Source of the DNA: Actinomycetota bacterium
Lineage (GTDB): Bacteria; Actinomycetota; Acidimicrobiia; Acidimicrobiales; Ilumatobacteraceae
DNA length: 64,000 bases
Direction of reading: 5' to 3'
Assembly: GCA_005787785.1 (NCBI GenBank)
Contig: SXZT01000038.1
Span: forward strand, 41,816-105,815
Shown here piece by piece: positions 19,441 through 27,860 of the stretch. The notes under the pieces are model-generated. The model ran no database searches and was not told the DNA's origin. It was given only the letters and a program-made list of their open reading frames with translations. The translations under genes and the position numbers were made by a program. How positions within the stretch are numbered: the stretch's first letter is position 1; each line of letters begins with the position of its first letter.

Positions 19441-20385
19441 ATGACCGAGAAGCCGCGTCCAATCTCCAACCGTGTCAGCCGCCTGCTCGGCGTCGACTAC
19501 CCCGTAGTTCAAGCGCCCATGGGCTGGATAGCCAGGTCGCAACTGGCCTCGGCGGTCTCCAACGCGGGAGCCCTCGGCATCATCGAGACATCGTCCGGAG
19601 ACCTCGATGCGATCAAGAACGAAATTCTCGCTATGCGCCAACTCACCACGAAACCCTTCGGTGTGAACATCGCACAGTTGTTCGTGCGGGATGAAGGCAT
19701 CGCGGACTTCGTGGTTGAACAAGGAATTCGATTCGTCACAACGTCTGCGGGTGACCCGACGAAATACACGGCGCGCCTGAAAGCAGCGGGGCTGACCGTC
19801 TTTCACGTCGTCCCGACGCTCGCCGCGGCCCTGAAGGCGGTCGACGCAGGAGTCGACGGCCTCGTCGTCGAGGGCGGCGAAGGTGGAGGATTCAAGAACC
19901 CGAAGGACGTGTCAACGATGGTCTTGCTTCCGCTCGTGGCGGAAAACGTCGACGTGCCGATCATCGCCGCGGGCGGGATCACCGATGGCGCCAGCATGGC
20001 GGCCGCCTTCGCTCTCGGTGCCGAAGGCGTGCAAATGGGCACGCGTATGGTCTCGGCTCTCGAGTCCCCCGTGCACGAGAACTGGAAGAAGTCGATCGTC
20101 GGGGCGAAGGAAACCGACACCGTCTTCCTCAACAGGTTCTCGCGGCCGGGGTTGCGGGCCCTGCGCACGGAGCGAACGACCGAGCTCGAGCGCGCGGACC
20201 ACGTCGGGATGGAACAGTTCGCCAACACAACCGCGCTCTATTTCGGCGGTGACATGGAGGCTTCGATCGCTCTCACGGGTCAGGTGGCGGGTCGAATCAA
20301 CTCCGTCGAGCCCGTCGGCGAGATCATCGAAGGGACCGTGCGGGGCTTTTATCGGTGCTTGGAGTCCCTGCGCGGCTACGCATAG
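19441..20385 (+). CDS. nitronate monooxygenase / NAD(P)H-dependent flavin oxidoreductase (NMO family)
   Basis: ...LLGVDYPVVQAPMGWI...NAGALGIIE... and ...AAGGITDG... motifs. ATG 19441 preferred over GTG 19423 (ORF-track start) by N-terminal alignment logic. Start uncertain. Confidence 0.8.
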   Translation: MTEKPRPISNRVSRLLGVDYPVVQAPMGWIARSQLASAVSNAGALGIIETSSGDLDAIKNEILAMRQLTTKPFGVNIAQLFVRDEGIADFVVEQGIRFVTTSAGDPTKYTARLKAAGLTVFHVVPTLAAALKAVDAGVDGLVVEGGEGGGFKNPKDVSTMVLLPLVAENVDVPIIAAGGITDGASMAAAFALGAEGVQMGTRMVSALESPVHENWKKSIVGAKETDTVFLNRFSRPGLRALRTERTTELERADHVGMEQFANTTALYFGGDMEASIALTGQVAGRINSVEPVGEIIEGTVRGFYRCLESLRGYA

Positions 20386-21241
20386 TCCAAGCGCAATAGA
20401 GGACATCGACGAGCGACAACCACACACCCGAAGCCAAAGCGATGTGGACCGCGACGAGCAGGGCCGGCACATCAGCGAGATACTGCACGTAGCCGACGAC
20501 TGCCTGCAGCAGCGCAATACCCATCAGACGCGAAACCCGCGACTCGAAGAGTCGCTCGCGACCCTTCGTGCGCCACAAAAGCAGTGCGATCGCGGCCAGG
20601 GTTGCAATGACGGCAGTGCCGTGGATGCGCGCCACTTGATGTATGGAGAAGCCGAACCGGACGGCGTCTTCGTCGCCGGCATGCGGACCGGTTGCGGTCA
20701 CGACGGTGCCCGTCACCACCGCCGCCAAACCGAGAGAGGCGGTCGCGAGGATGAGTCGCACAGGCAGTGCAACGCCACCCGCGGAAGGTCGGTCGTGTGC
20801 GTCGGCCAGCCTGTGCAGAACAAGCGCATTTGCAAGCAAGACCATCGAGACGAGGAAGTGAGCCATGTTCGCCCACGGATTCAGCCCCGTCAGAACGACT
20901 ATGCCTCCGATCACGACCTGTGCAAGGACCCCGATGACGAGACCGATTGCGAGATTCGTGAGGGCGCGACGGCGCTCAGCCAGACGCACGCTGGCGAGCA
21001 CGGCGAGGATCACACTTGCTGCCACCACTCCGGTGAAGAGACGGTTCACCTGTTCGATGGCCCCGTGGCCCGTGGACACGTCGATGAAGCGCTCTTCGGA
21101 ACAACGCGGCCAGTCGGCACACCCGAGTCCTGATCCGGTCAATCTCACGAGAGCACCGGTGATGACGATTGTGTAGAGAGCGACGAGCGCTCCGAGTGTG
21201 ATCCGCCTGTACCCGGCGACGCTGACGGTCCACTTGCGCAT
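20324..21241 (-). CDS. ctaA: heme A synthase (COX15/CtaA family)
   Basis: Multi-TM protein with ...LTGSGLGCADWPRC... and conserved His-containing helices. ATG 21241 overlaps the upstream stop (TGATG). The upstream part of ORF 20324..21451 is Arg-rich junk. Confidence 0.85.
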   Translation of the reverse strand: MRKWTVSVAGYRRITLGALVALYTIVITGALVRLTGSGLGCADWPRCSEERFIDVSTGHGAIEQVNRLFTGVVAASVILAVLASVRLAERRRALTNLAIGLVIGVLAQVVIGGIVVLTGLNPWANMAHFLVSMVLLANALVLHRLADAHDRPSAGGVALPVRLILATASLGLAAVVTGTVVTATGPHAGDEDAVRFGFSIHQVARIHGTAVIATLAAIALLLWRTKGRERLFESRVSRLMGIALLQAVVGYVQYLADVPALLVAVHIALASGVWLSLVDVLYCAWTMRSRAGTPSTDKSPARSLR

Positions 21242-21675
21242 CAGAGGCGCCAGGAGTCCTTGCCCTTCAAGCCGTAATTGCGCAGAATCACCGCGCGCGT
21301 CGGCTCGACGACGAGAAAGACGTGGGAGTCTGCTGCAGGACCGCCCGGTTCGAAGACATTGCAGTCGTAGCCCATCTTGTCCCACAACGACTCGCGTCCC
21401 GCCGTGTCGTCGACGATTCGTCCGCGACCCCAGACCACACAGCTGTCCCAATCCGTGTCAGCGGAGACCGCGAAATGAACGCTGACGCGAGGGTTCGAGC
21501 GGACGTTCGAAACCTTCGCCTCGGGGGTGGCCAGGAAGGCGAGGATGTTGTCACCGTGCCAGGCAACGGCGACCGGCGATGCGTAGGGGGTTCCCGAAGG
21601 CGACACGGTCGCGACCCACGCGAGGGGCCCGTGCCTCTTCGAATCACTGCGAACGTCATCGAGAGTGAGTGCCAT
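21241..21675 (-). CDS. pyridoxamine 5'-phosphate oxidase (PPOX) / split-barrel flavin-F420 binding family protein
   Basis: ...GTPYASPVAVAWHGDNILAFLATPEAKVSNVRSNPRVSVHF... is typical of the PPOX-like split beta-barrel. ATG 21675 has a TAGTCT box 8 nt upstream. Confidence 0.65.
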   Translation of the reverse strand: MALTLDDVRSDSKRHGPLAWVATVSPSGTPYASPVAVAWHGDNILAFLATPEAKVSNVRSNPRVSVHFAVSADTDWDSCVVWGRGRIVDDTAGRESLWDKMGYDCNVFEPGGPAADSHVFLVVEPTRAVILRNYGLKGKDSWRL

Positions 21676-21683
21676 GACGGCCG

Positions 21684-21693
21684 AGACTATGTT
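21684..21693. promoter_or_regulatory. back-to-back -10 boxes sharing a central TA (AGACTATGTT)
   Basis: Bottom strand TAGTCT (21689-21684) lies 8 nt before ATG 21675 (PPOX-ctaA). Top strand TATGTT (21688-21693) lies 7 nt before GTG 21701 (TetR). Confidence 0.45.
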
Positions 21694-21700
21694 CTGCTGT

Positions 21701-22309
21701 GTGAAGCGACAAACCGTCGAAGAGCGACGGCAGGAAATTCTCGAGACCACGTGCAAAGTGGTGATCGAGCGGGGTTTCGCAGGTACGCGCGTGTCCGATG
21801 TCGCACAACGTTTGGGTATTTCGACCAGCCTCGTCCACTACCACTTCGACTCAAAGGAAACCCTTCTTGCGGAGGCGTTCGCACACTACGCCCGAACTGC
21901 GCTGCAGGAACTCGAGGAGTACGTGTACGAAGTTTCGGGGCCGAACGAACAACTTGCGCGCGCCCTCGAAGATTTCGTGCCGGAGGGAAGCGACGACCTC
22001 GAGTGGATGCTATGGATCGACGCATGGGGCGAGGCTCTGCGGAATCCGTCGATGCGTCGCATCAGCCAAGAGCTCGATGCGCGAGGTGTCTCTTTGATCG
22101 AGTCGATCGTCGAGCGGGGCAACGCCACCGGTGAGTTCGCTTGTGCCGAGCCCCGCCGCACCGCCATGCGCTTGATGGGTCTCATCGATGGCCTCGCGGT
22201 TCAATTCGCCGCGCACACGGGCGTTCTGACACGCGCGGACCTGCTCGAGGCTGTCACCGGTCTGGCCACTTTGGAGGTCCGACCCGTAAAACCGCTCGTC
22301 ACATCCTGA
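21701..22309 (+). CDS. TetR/AcrR family transcriptional regulator
   Basis: N-terminal HTH ...RRQEILETTCKVVIERGFAGTRVSDVAQRLGISTSLVHYHFDSKE... GTG 21701 has a TATGTT box 7 nt upstream. ORF-track start 21665 would overlap the divergent gene. Confidence 0.85.
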   Translation: MKRQTVEERRQEILETTCKVVIERGFAGTRVSDVAQRLGISTSLVHYHFDSKETLLAEAFAHYARTALQELEEYVYEVSGPNEQLARALEDFVPEGSDDLEWMLWIDAWGEALRNPSMRRISQELDARGVSLIESIVERGNATGEFACAEPRRTAMRLMGLIDGLAVQFAAHTGVLTRADLLEAVTGLATLEVRPVKPLVTS

Positions 22310-22469
22310 GCCGATTCCGAGCCTGAATTGACCGCAAAAGCCCGACAGAGGGTGAATTTTGGCCTTCAATGACCACTCTTGGTGGTTAGAGCCACATTTT
22401 CCGTGAGTTTTTTCTCAAGTCCCCGCCTGAGCAGCCGATGCCCCTTGTGCAACTCGCAAGGAGCACCAC
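22310..22469 (+). promoter_or_regulatory. 160-nt non-coding leader/intergenic region upstream of the M23 peptidase gene
   Basis: Longest non-coding stretch in the window. No TANNNT box anywhere in it. TTGACC at 22328-22333. Locally AT-rich with short alternative pairings (ACCAC 22372-76 / GTGGT 22382-86 / CCAC 22392-95). A CTTGTGC..CGCAAG hairpin (22444-22460) abuts the AAGGAG RBS. Confidence 0.3.
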
Positions 22470-23621
22470 ATGCAGGCAGCACTCGGAAAAACCCTGAAGA
22501 AGATCACGACCGCTTCGGCAGGCGCCGTCGTGGCTGGTCTCTTCGCCTTCGGTACGCCCTCTGCTTCGGCAGCCACGGCAGCGGCCGCCCCCGCAGCCGC
22601 CCCCGCCCGCGCGGGTCTTCCGCGCTTCGGACAGTCCGGCGATGCCGTGAAGGCCCTTCAACAGGCCCTCGTTGCCAAGGGATTCACACTCGTTGGGGGC
22701 GTCGATGGCGAGTTCAGTCCGCGCACCCGGGCAACTCTTCGTAACTTCCAGTCAGTCGTCGGATTCCGTGCGACGGGCCGCCTCGACTTGCGCACCGCCC
22801 GACTTCTCGGACTGATTCCCGCCAACGTCGCGGCGACGAGCGCAACCGTTCCGGCGACCACCACTACCGCCCCCGCACCCACCACCACAGCGCCTGCACC
22901 CACGACGACTGCACCTGCGACGACCGTCGCACCGACGACTGTCCCGGCACCGACCACTGCGCCCATTGCATGGAGCGTCGAGATGCTCCCGGTGTTCGGC
23001 GCTCGTGGTGAAGTCGTGTCGGCACTGCAGAACGCACTCATCGGCGCGGGCCTCGAGGTTTTCGGTGGCGCCGACGGCATCTTCGGCAACGCGACGAAGA
23101 CCGCCATCTCGAAGTTTCAGACCGCCCGCAACCTCGCCGCAAACGGAGCGCTCGATGCTGCGACGGCAATCGAACTCGGACTTCTCCCCCGTCCGGTTCT
23201 CGCCGTGACGATTCCGGTGTTCCCGGTGCGTCCCGCGTGCTACTTCATCGACACCTGGATGGAGCCCCGCGGGGCCGACCGCAAGCACGAGGGCGTCGAC
23301 ATCATCGCCAACCGCGGACAGGAAGTGCTCGCAGTTGCCGACGGCACGATCACCAAGATCTACACGGCGGACACCGCAAAGCTGTCCGGCAACGCAGTTC
23401 GCCTGACAATGGGTGATGGCACGTACTTTTTCTACGCCCACCTCGACACGTTCGCTCCCGGCATTGCTGTGGGCTCGAAGGTTGCCGCCGGCCAGGTCAT
23501 CGGAACCGTTGGCTCGACGGGTGCGACAACGGCACACCTTCATTTCGAGGTTCACCCGCAGGGCGGCGCTGCCGTGAATCCCTATCCGATCGTCAAGGCC
23601 GTCGACGCTTGCAAGAAGTGA
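22470..23621 (+). CDS. secreted M23 family metallopeptidase with two peptidoglycan-binding (PG_binding_1) domains
   Basis: Signal peptide (...AFGTPSASAA). Two ...G..G.AV..LQ.AL...G......DG.FG..T..A...FQ... repeats. Thr/Ala/Pro linker. M23 motifs HEGVDI and HLHFEVH. AAGGAG RBS at 22458-22463. Confidence 0.9.
   Translation: MQAALGKTLKKITTASAGAVVAGLFAFGTPSASAATAAAAPAAAPARAGLPRFGQSGDAVKALQQALVAKGFTLVGGVDGEFSPRTRATLRNFQSVVGFRATGRLDLRTARLLGLIPANVAATSATVPATTTTAPAPTTTAPAPTTTAPATTVAPTTVPAPTTAPIAWSVEMLPVFGARGEVVSALQNALIGAGLEVFGGADGIFGNATKTAISKFQTARNLAANGALDAATAIELGLLPRPVLAVTIPVFPVRPACYFIDTWMEPRGADRKHEGVDIIANRGQEVLAVADGTITKIYTADTAKLSGNAVRLTMGDGTYFFYAHLDTFAPGIAVGSKVAAGQVIGTVGSTGATTAHLHFEVHPQGGAAVNPYPIVKAVDACKK
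22845..22964 (+). repeat. imperfect 21-nt tandem repeats encoding a Thr/Ala/Pro linker inside the M23 peptidase gene
   Basis: Translation is TVPATTTTAPAPTTTAPAPTTTAPATTVAPTTVPAPTTAP. The TTTAPAP unit is repeated with synonymous codon drift. Confidence 0.8.
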
Positions 23622-23627
23622 GCAACG

Positions 23628-24719
23628 TCAGGGACGGATCTCGTAGAAGGCATTGACCGAGTGCTCGATGTCGAGTTGACGGAACGACGTGAAACCCGCC
23701 TCGCGCGCGAAGGCCTCGGCAGTCGACGCCGGAAAGCCGAGGGTTCCGAGCCCTTCGCCGCCCTCTTCCGACAGCGCCGACGCCATGCACGACATCACGC
23801 TGATCCCGTACATGAGGGCAGCCATCGGGTTCTTCGCCACGTTTTGTTCGAGGGTCTCGAGTGCCTTGATGTCGACCAAGAGCCAGACCCCGTCCTTTGC
23901 CAGCGAACGCCTGATGATCGACACCATCTCGCGTGGGCGCGTCATGTCATGGATGCAGTCGAAGGTCGTCACAAAGCCGAACCTTCCGTCCTCTGCCACC
24001 GACTCTTCGCGGGCGTCGACGAACCTCACATTCGTGAGGCCCCGAGAGCCCGCCTTTTCCCGTGCGATTGCAAGCGCGTGGCGAGAAATGTCGTAGCCGG
24101 TGAACCTGCTCTCGGGGTACGCCTCGGCCATCGTGCACACTGCCGACCCGGCGCCGCATCCGATGTCGGCAACCTCGATACCGCGCCGTAGTGCGTCGAC
24201 GACGCCTTCGACCGCAGGCAAGACGACCGGCACGAGGTTCGCGTTGCTCCACGGTTCGAACGATCGCTCGATGCCAACCGCACCGTCGTGCCCGTGCGCG
24301 TCGTAATCGAACCCGCGTCCGGTCGCGAAGCACGTCGGCAAGACGCTGAGCCGTTCCATCGTTGCGGGCAAGCGATGGAACATGCCCATGCCGAATGCCG
24401 GGTGTGTGTCATCGGCCAGAACTGCCCGAGCCTCGGCGGACAAAACGAACCGTGGCCGGTGCGGGTCGGCATGATCAGCATCGATCAAGCGTGCTGCCAC
24501 TTGGTTGCTGGCCCACTCACGCACCCATCGTTCCTGCAGGCCACAGGCAGTCGCAAGATTCTCTGCGTCCATCGACCCGGGCGCCGCGGCGAGAATTCGG
24601 TACAGCCCGAGCTTGTCGCCGAGATGCACCATCCCGGACGTAACCGCTCCCGCCAATTGGCTGTACAACACAAACGAGAACATCTTCAATTTGTCGGGGT
24701 TGATGACCCTGTCGTCCAT
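23628..24719 (-). CDS. class I SAM-dependent methyltransferase with N-terminal winged-helix-like domain
   Basis: Motif I VADIGCGAGSA. ATG 24719 has a TACCCT box 6 nt upstream. ORF-track start 24746 is the alternative. Confidence 0.8.
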   Translation of the reverse strand: MDDRVINPDKLKMFSFVLYSQLAGAVTSGMVHLGDKLGLYRILAAAPGSMDAENLATACGLQERWVREWASNQVAARLIDADHADPHRPRFVLSAEARAVLADDTHPAFGMGMFHRLPATMERLSVLPTCFATGRGFDYDAHGHDGAVGIERSFEPWSNANLVPVVLPAVEGVVDALRRGIEVADIGCGAGSAVCTMAEAYPESRFTGYDISRHALAIAREKAGSRGLTNVRFVDAREESVAEDGRFGFVTTFDCIHDMTRPREMVSIIRRSLAKDGVWLLVDIKALETLEQNVAKNPMAALMYGISVMSCMASALSEEGGEGLGTLGFPASTAEAFAREAGFTSFRQLDIEHSVNAFYEIRP

Positions 24720-24790
24720 CCGCTCAGGGTAGACGACCCCCTGCATCTACAATTTCGCAACATTCCATTCTGCGAGAAGGAGCCGTATCC

Positions 24791-26458
24791 GTGTCGTCAA
24801 CTCCGTACGTGTCAGAAAGTTGGGCGACTCTCTGGGAAGCGCTTGCCGATGCGCAACCGGATCAGATTGCGGTTGTCCTCGGCGACCAAGAGATTCGTTG
24901 GAGGGATCTCGATGATCGGGCGGCACGCCTCGCGACCGTCTTCTCCGCGAGTGGAGTCAAGGAAGGGTCCCGGGTCGCACAACTCCTCTACAACGATGCG
25001 GCGTACCTCGAAAGCGTCTATGCCCTCTTCAAATTGCGCGCAACTCCGGTCAACGTCAACTACCGCTACCTCGTCAACGAGGTTGCCTACATCCTGAACA
25101 ACTCGGAGGCGGAGGTTCTCGTCTACCACGCCTCGCTAGCCGACAGAGTTGATGGCCTGCAGGCGTTGGTTCCCAGCCTGCGTACCCTGATCTGCGTCAA
25201 CGACGTCGGGTCAGGCCACGTTCTTCCAAAAGGTCACCTCGACTACGCAACCGTCGTGTCGAGCGCCGAGCGGGCCGAGCGCATCCGTCGCTCGGGTGAG
25301 GATCTGCTGTTTTTGTACACCGGCGGCACGACGGGCATGCCGAAGGGTGTCATGTGGCGTCACGTCGACTTGTTTGGGGCCCTCGCTTCATCCGGTTATC
25401 AGGCGCTCGGCCTGCCCCTGCCCGCCACGACCGAAGACGTCGGCGCGCGCGCCCGACAGCTCAACTCCGAGGGAAAGAGTCCGACGAATCTGTGTGCGCC
25501 GCCGCTCATGCACGGCGTCGCGTTGTTTCTCGCGATGTCGAGCTTCGTTCTCGGCGGCAAGGTGGTGCTGCTGAAGTCGCGGCGATTCGACCCCGCTGAG
25601 CTCGTCGAGCTCGCCGCCAAGTACCGCGTCAATCAGATCTCCCTCGTTGGAGACGCATTCGCCAAGCCCGTCAACAGGTACCTCGAAAGTCTCGAAGCCA
25701 CGGGCGCAGCGATCCCCGACCTCACGAGCGTCGTGCGCATCACTTCTTCCGGCGCGACCCTCTCGGGTGACCAGAAATTGGTGCTGCGTCGTTTCATGCC
25801 CAACGCGACGATGATCGACATGCTCGGAGCCAGCGAGGGCGGTCCGTTCGGGATCGACATGACGACACCCGACAAGGCGCCCCTCGACACGGCGGTCTTC
25901 ATTGCGCCACCGAATGTCGTCACGTTCGATGATCAGTCATGGGAGATCATTCCTCGTGGCAGCGGACGCGTCGGCGTACTCGGAGCGTCGGGGCCGATTC
26001 CGCAGGGATACTTCCGCGATCCCGAGAAGTCCGCCAGCACCTTCCGCTCGGTCGACGGTGTCCGCTACACCGTTCCGGGCGACTACGCGATCATCGATGC
26101 AGACGGAACGATGCATCTGCTCGGTCGTGGCTCGGTGTGCATCAACACCGGAGGCGAAAAGGTCTACCCGGAAGAAGTGGAGGTCGTCGCTCGAGCGGTG
26201 ACCGGAATCGCGGATTGCACCGTGGTCGGAGTGCCCGACGACAGGTTCGGGAACGCCGTCGTCGCCGTCGTCTCTCGCACGCCGGGATGCACCGTCACCG
26301 CCGAGGAATTGTCGTCCGAGATGCGCAAGAGTCTCGCTGCCTACAAGTGCCCGAAGCACGTCGTGTTCGTCGATGTGGTGTATCGCAGCCCGAGCGGCAA
26401 AGCCGACTACAAAATCACTCGGGAAACCGCATTGACCGCCCTGGGCATCACCCAGTAG
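24791..26458 (+). CDS. acyl-CoA synthetase / AMP-dependent ligase (FadD-like)
   Basis: AMP-binding motif FLYTGGTTGMPKGVMW, ...YTVPGDYA..., C-terminal ...SPSGKADY... GAAGGAG RBS 8 nt upstream of GTG 24791. Confidence 0.88.
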   Translation: MSSTPYVSESWATLWEALADAQPDQIAVVLGDQEIRWRDLDDRAARLATVFSASGVKEGSRVAQLLYNDAAYLESVYALFKLRATPVNVNYRYLVNEVAYILNNSEAEVLVYHASLADRVDGLQALVPSLRTLICVNDVGSGHVLPKGHLDYATVVSSAERAERIRRSGEDLLFLYTGGTTGMPKGVMWRHVDLFGALASSGYQALGLPLPATTEDVGARARQLNSEGKSPTNLCAPPLMHGVALFLAMSSFVLGGKVVLLKSRRFDPAELVELAAKYRVNQISLVGDAFAKPVNRYLESLEATGAAIPDLTSVVRITSSGATLSGDQKLVLRRFMPNATMIDMLGASEGGPFGIDMTTPDKAPLDTAVFIAPPNVVTFDDQSWEIIPRGSGRVGVLGASGPIPQGYFRDPEKSASTFRSVDGVRYTVPGDYAIIDADGTMHLLGRGSVCINTGGEKVYPEEVEVVARAVTGIADCTVVGVPDDRFGNAVVAVVSRTPGCTVTAEELSSEMRKSLAAYKCPKHVVFVDVVYRSPSGKADYKITRETALTALGITQ

Positions 26459-26465
26459 GCGACGA

Positions 26466-26990
26466 TCAGAGACTCTTCAGGACACCGGCCTCGCGAGAGC
26501 GCGTCGTGGCGGCCGCCATCTTTGCGCCGTCGTAGCCGACACGCAGACCCGGCGTGACTTCGATGATGATGCGGTCGGGTGAATCGAGCATTTTGGCGAA
26601 CTCCGCTGCCCGCTCCGGGTTGCTGCCGTACAGACGGTCGGCGAGCGCCGGATAGAACCATTCCTTCGTGGTTCGATCGTCGAGCACCCGTGCAGTCCCC
26701 TTGTAGGTGACTGTGCGGCCGCCACCCATCGGTTGGCCGGTGGACGTGACAACGACGGCGACACGTGGGTCACGCCTGATGGCGGGCACACGCTTGCGAT
26801 GGGCGGCGGAGGTCATCCAGAAAATGCCGTCTTTGCGGAAGTAGCTGAGAATCGACGCCATGGGCGAACCGTCCTTCGTCGTCCAACAGAACGTCAGTTC
26901 CTTCTGCTGTTCGTGCATGAGGTCTTCGGTCTCGGTGTCGAGCCCGTAGACGGTGACGTCTTCGTAGTTGGTGATGAGCTTGTCGGCCAT
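26466..26990 (-). CDS. PPOX-class (probably F420/FMN-dependent) split-barrel oxidoreductase
   Basis: ...KRVPAIRRDPRVAVVV... and overall PPOX-family layout. ATG 26990 has a TAGCGT box 7 nt upstream. GTG 26999 is the alternative. Confidence 0.6.
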   Translation of the reverse strand: MADKLITNYEDVTVYGLDTETEDLMHEQQKELTFCWTTKDGSPMASILSYFRKDGIFWMTSAAHRKRVPAIRRDPRVAVVVTSTGQPMGGGRTVTYKGTARVLDDRTTKEWFYPALADRLYGSNPERAAEFAKMLDSPDRIIIEVTPGLRVGYDGAKMAAATTRSREAGVLKSL

Positions 26991-27026
26991 GCGCGACACG
27001 CTAGCAATCAGCGTGGGGCCGAATCC

Positions 27027-27803
27027 TCAACGGGAACGCTCGGGCAATGCGAAGTGACCTGCGTTTGCAGAAATCCCTCCGTCGCAGAAAACCGTGTCGC
27101 CCGTGATGAACGACGCGGCCGGCGATGCGAGAAACCAGAAAACCTCTGCCAAGTCCTCCGGCCTTCCCCATCGACCAAGTGGTATGCGATTCACCATTGC
27201 TTGCTTCAATTCTGGCAACTCGTTCAGCCGCACCGTCAAACCGGTCTCCGTCGGGCCGGGGGCGACCCCGTTGACACGGATACCGAACGGCCCGAGGTCG
27301 AGTGCAGCCGCGCGCACGAGGTTGATCACCGCCGCTTTCGAGGCGTTGTATGCCCAGTTACCGGGATCTCCACGCAGGCCGGATGTCGAACAGGTGGGAA
27401 GGATCACGCCGTGGCCCTGCGCCTTCATCACGGCAGCCGCTTCGTTGATGCCCATGGCGACACCGACGACGTTCACGTCGAGGATGTGGCGAAGCGCGTC
27501 GATGGCACCCGTTTCGTTCCACGGCTTCGAGCCAGTGATGCCAGCGTTGAGAATCGACACGTCGAGACGGCCGAACGTGTCGACCGCGGCGGCAACAGCC
27601 TCACGATTCAACGCCTCGTCGGTGACGCTTCCTGCGACGGCGACGTAGAGCCCCGGATCGGCTTCCGTGGCCGTCCACGCAAGGCTCTCCGGCGTGAGGT
27701 CGACGACGACGACCCCGTACCCCCGGTCGGCGAACATCTTTGCGGTGGCTTTTCCGATGCCGGACCCGGCCCCGGTCACGAGTGCGACTTCACTTGGCTT
27801 CAT
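27027..27803 (-). CDS. SDR family oxidoreductase (classical)
   Basis: TGAGSGIGKA cofactor motif, NAG, and catalytic YNASKAA. TAGGGT box 6 nt upstream of the ATG. Confidence 0.9.
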   Translation of the reverse strand: MKPSEVALVTGAGSGIGKATAKMFADRGYGVVVVDLTPESLAWTATEADPGLYVAVAGSVTDEALNREAVAAAVDTFGRLDVSILNAGITGSKPWNETGAIDALRHILDVNVVGVAMGINEAAAVMKAQGHGVILPTCSTSGLRGDPGNWAYNASKAAVINLVRAAALDLGPFGIRVNGVAPGPTETGLTVRLNELPELKQAMVNRIPLGRWGRPEDLAEVFWFLASPAASFITGDTVFCDGGISANAGHFALPERSR

Positions 27804-27809
27804 GCCGCC

Positions 27810-27819
27810 ACCCTATGCT
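27810..27819. promoter_or_regulatory. back-to-back -10 boxes sharing a central TA (ACCCTATGCT)
   Basis: Bottom strand TAGGGT (27815-27810) lies 6 nt before ATG 27803. Top strand TATGCT (27814-27819) lies about 41 nt before ATG 27861, which has its own AGGGGG RBS. Confidence 0.4.
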
Positions 27820-27860
27820 CTCAGGCGCGGCGACGGTGCCGCACGACCACAGGGGGCATC

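Noticed and set aside
22341-22440. c-di-AMP (ydaO-type) riboswitch call upstream of the M23 peptidase
   Set aside because: Only scattered short matches (CCCGACAG, GGGTGAAT, CCGCCTGAGC) are present. They are in an order and spacing that do not fit the consensus as I remember it, and the leader seems too short. It is kept as a hypothesis to test, not as a feature.
26733-27860. Upstream 376 codons of ORF 26733..28613 (would make a 626-aa protein)
   Set aside because: That part is antisense to the PPOX and SDR genes and is compositionally junk. The SDR domain begins at ATG 27861, which has its own RBS.
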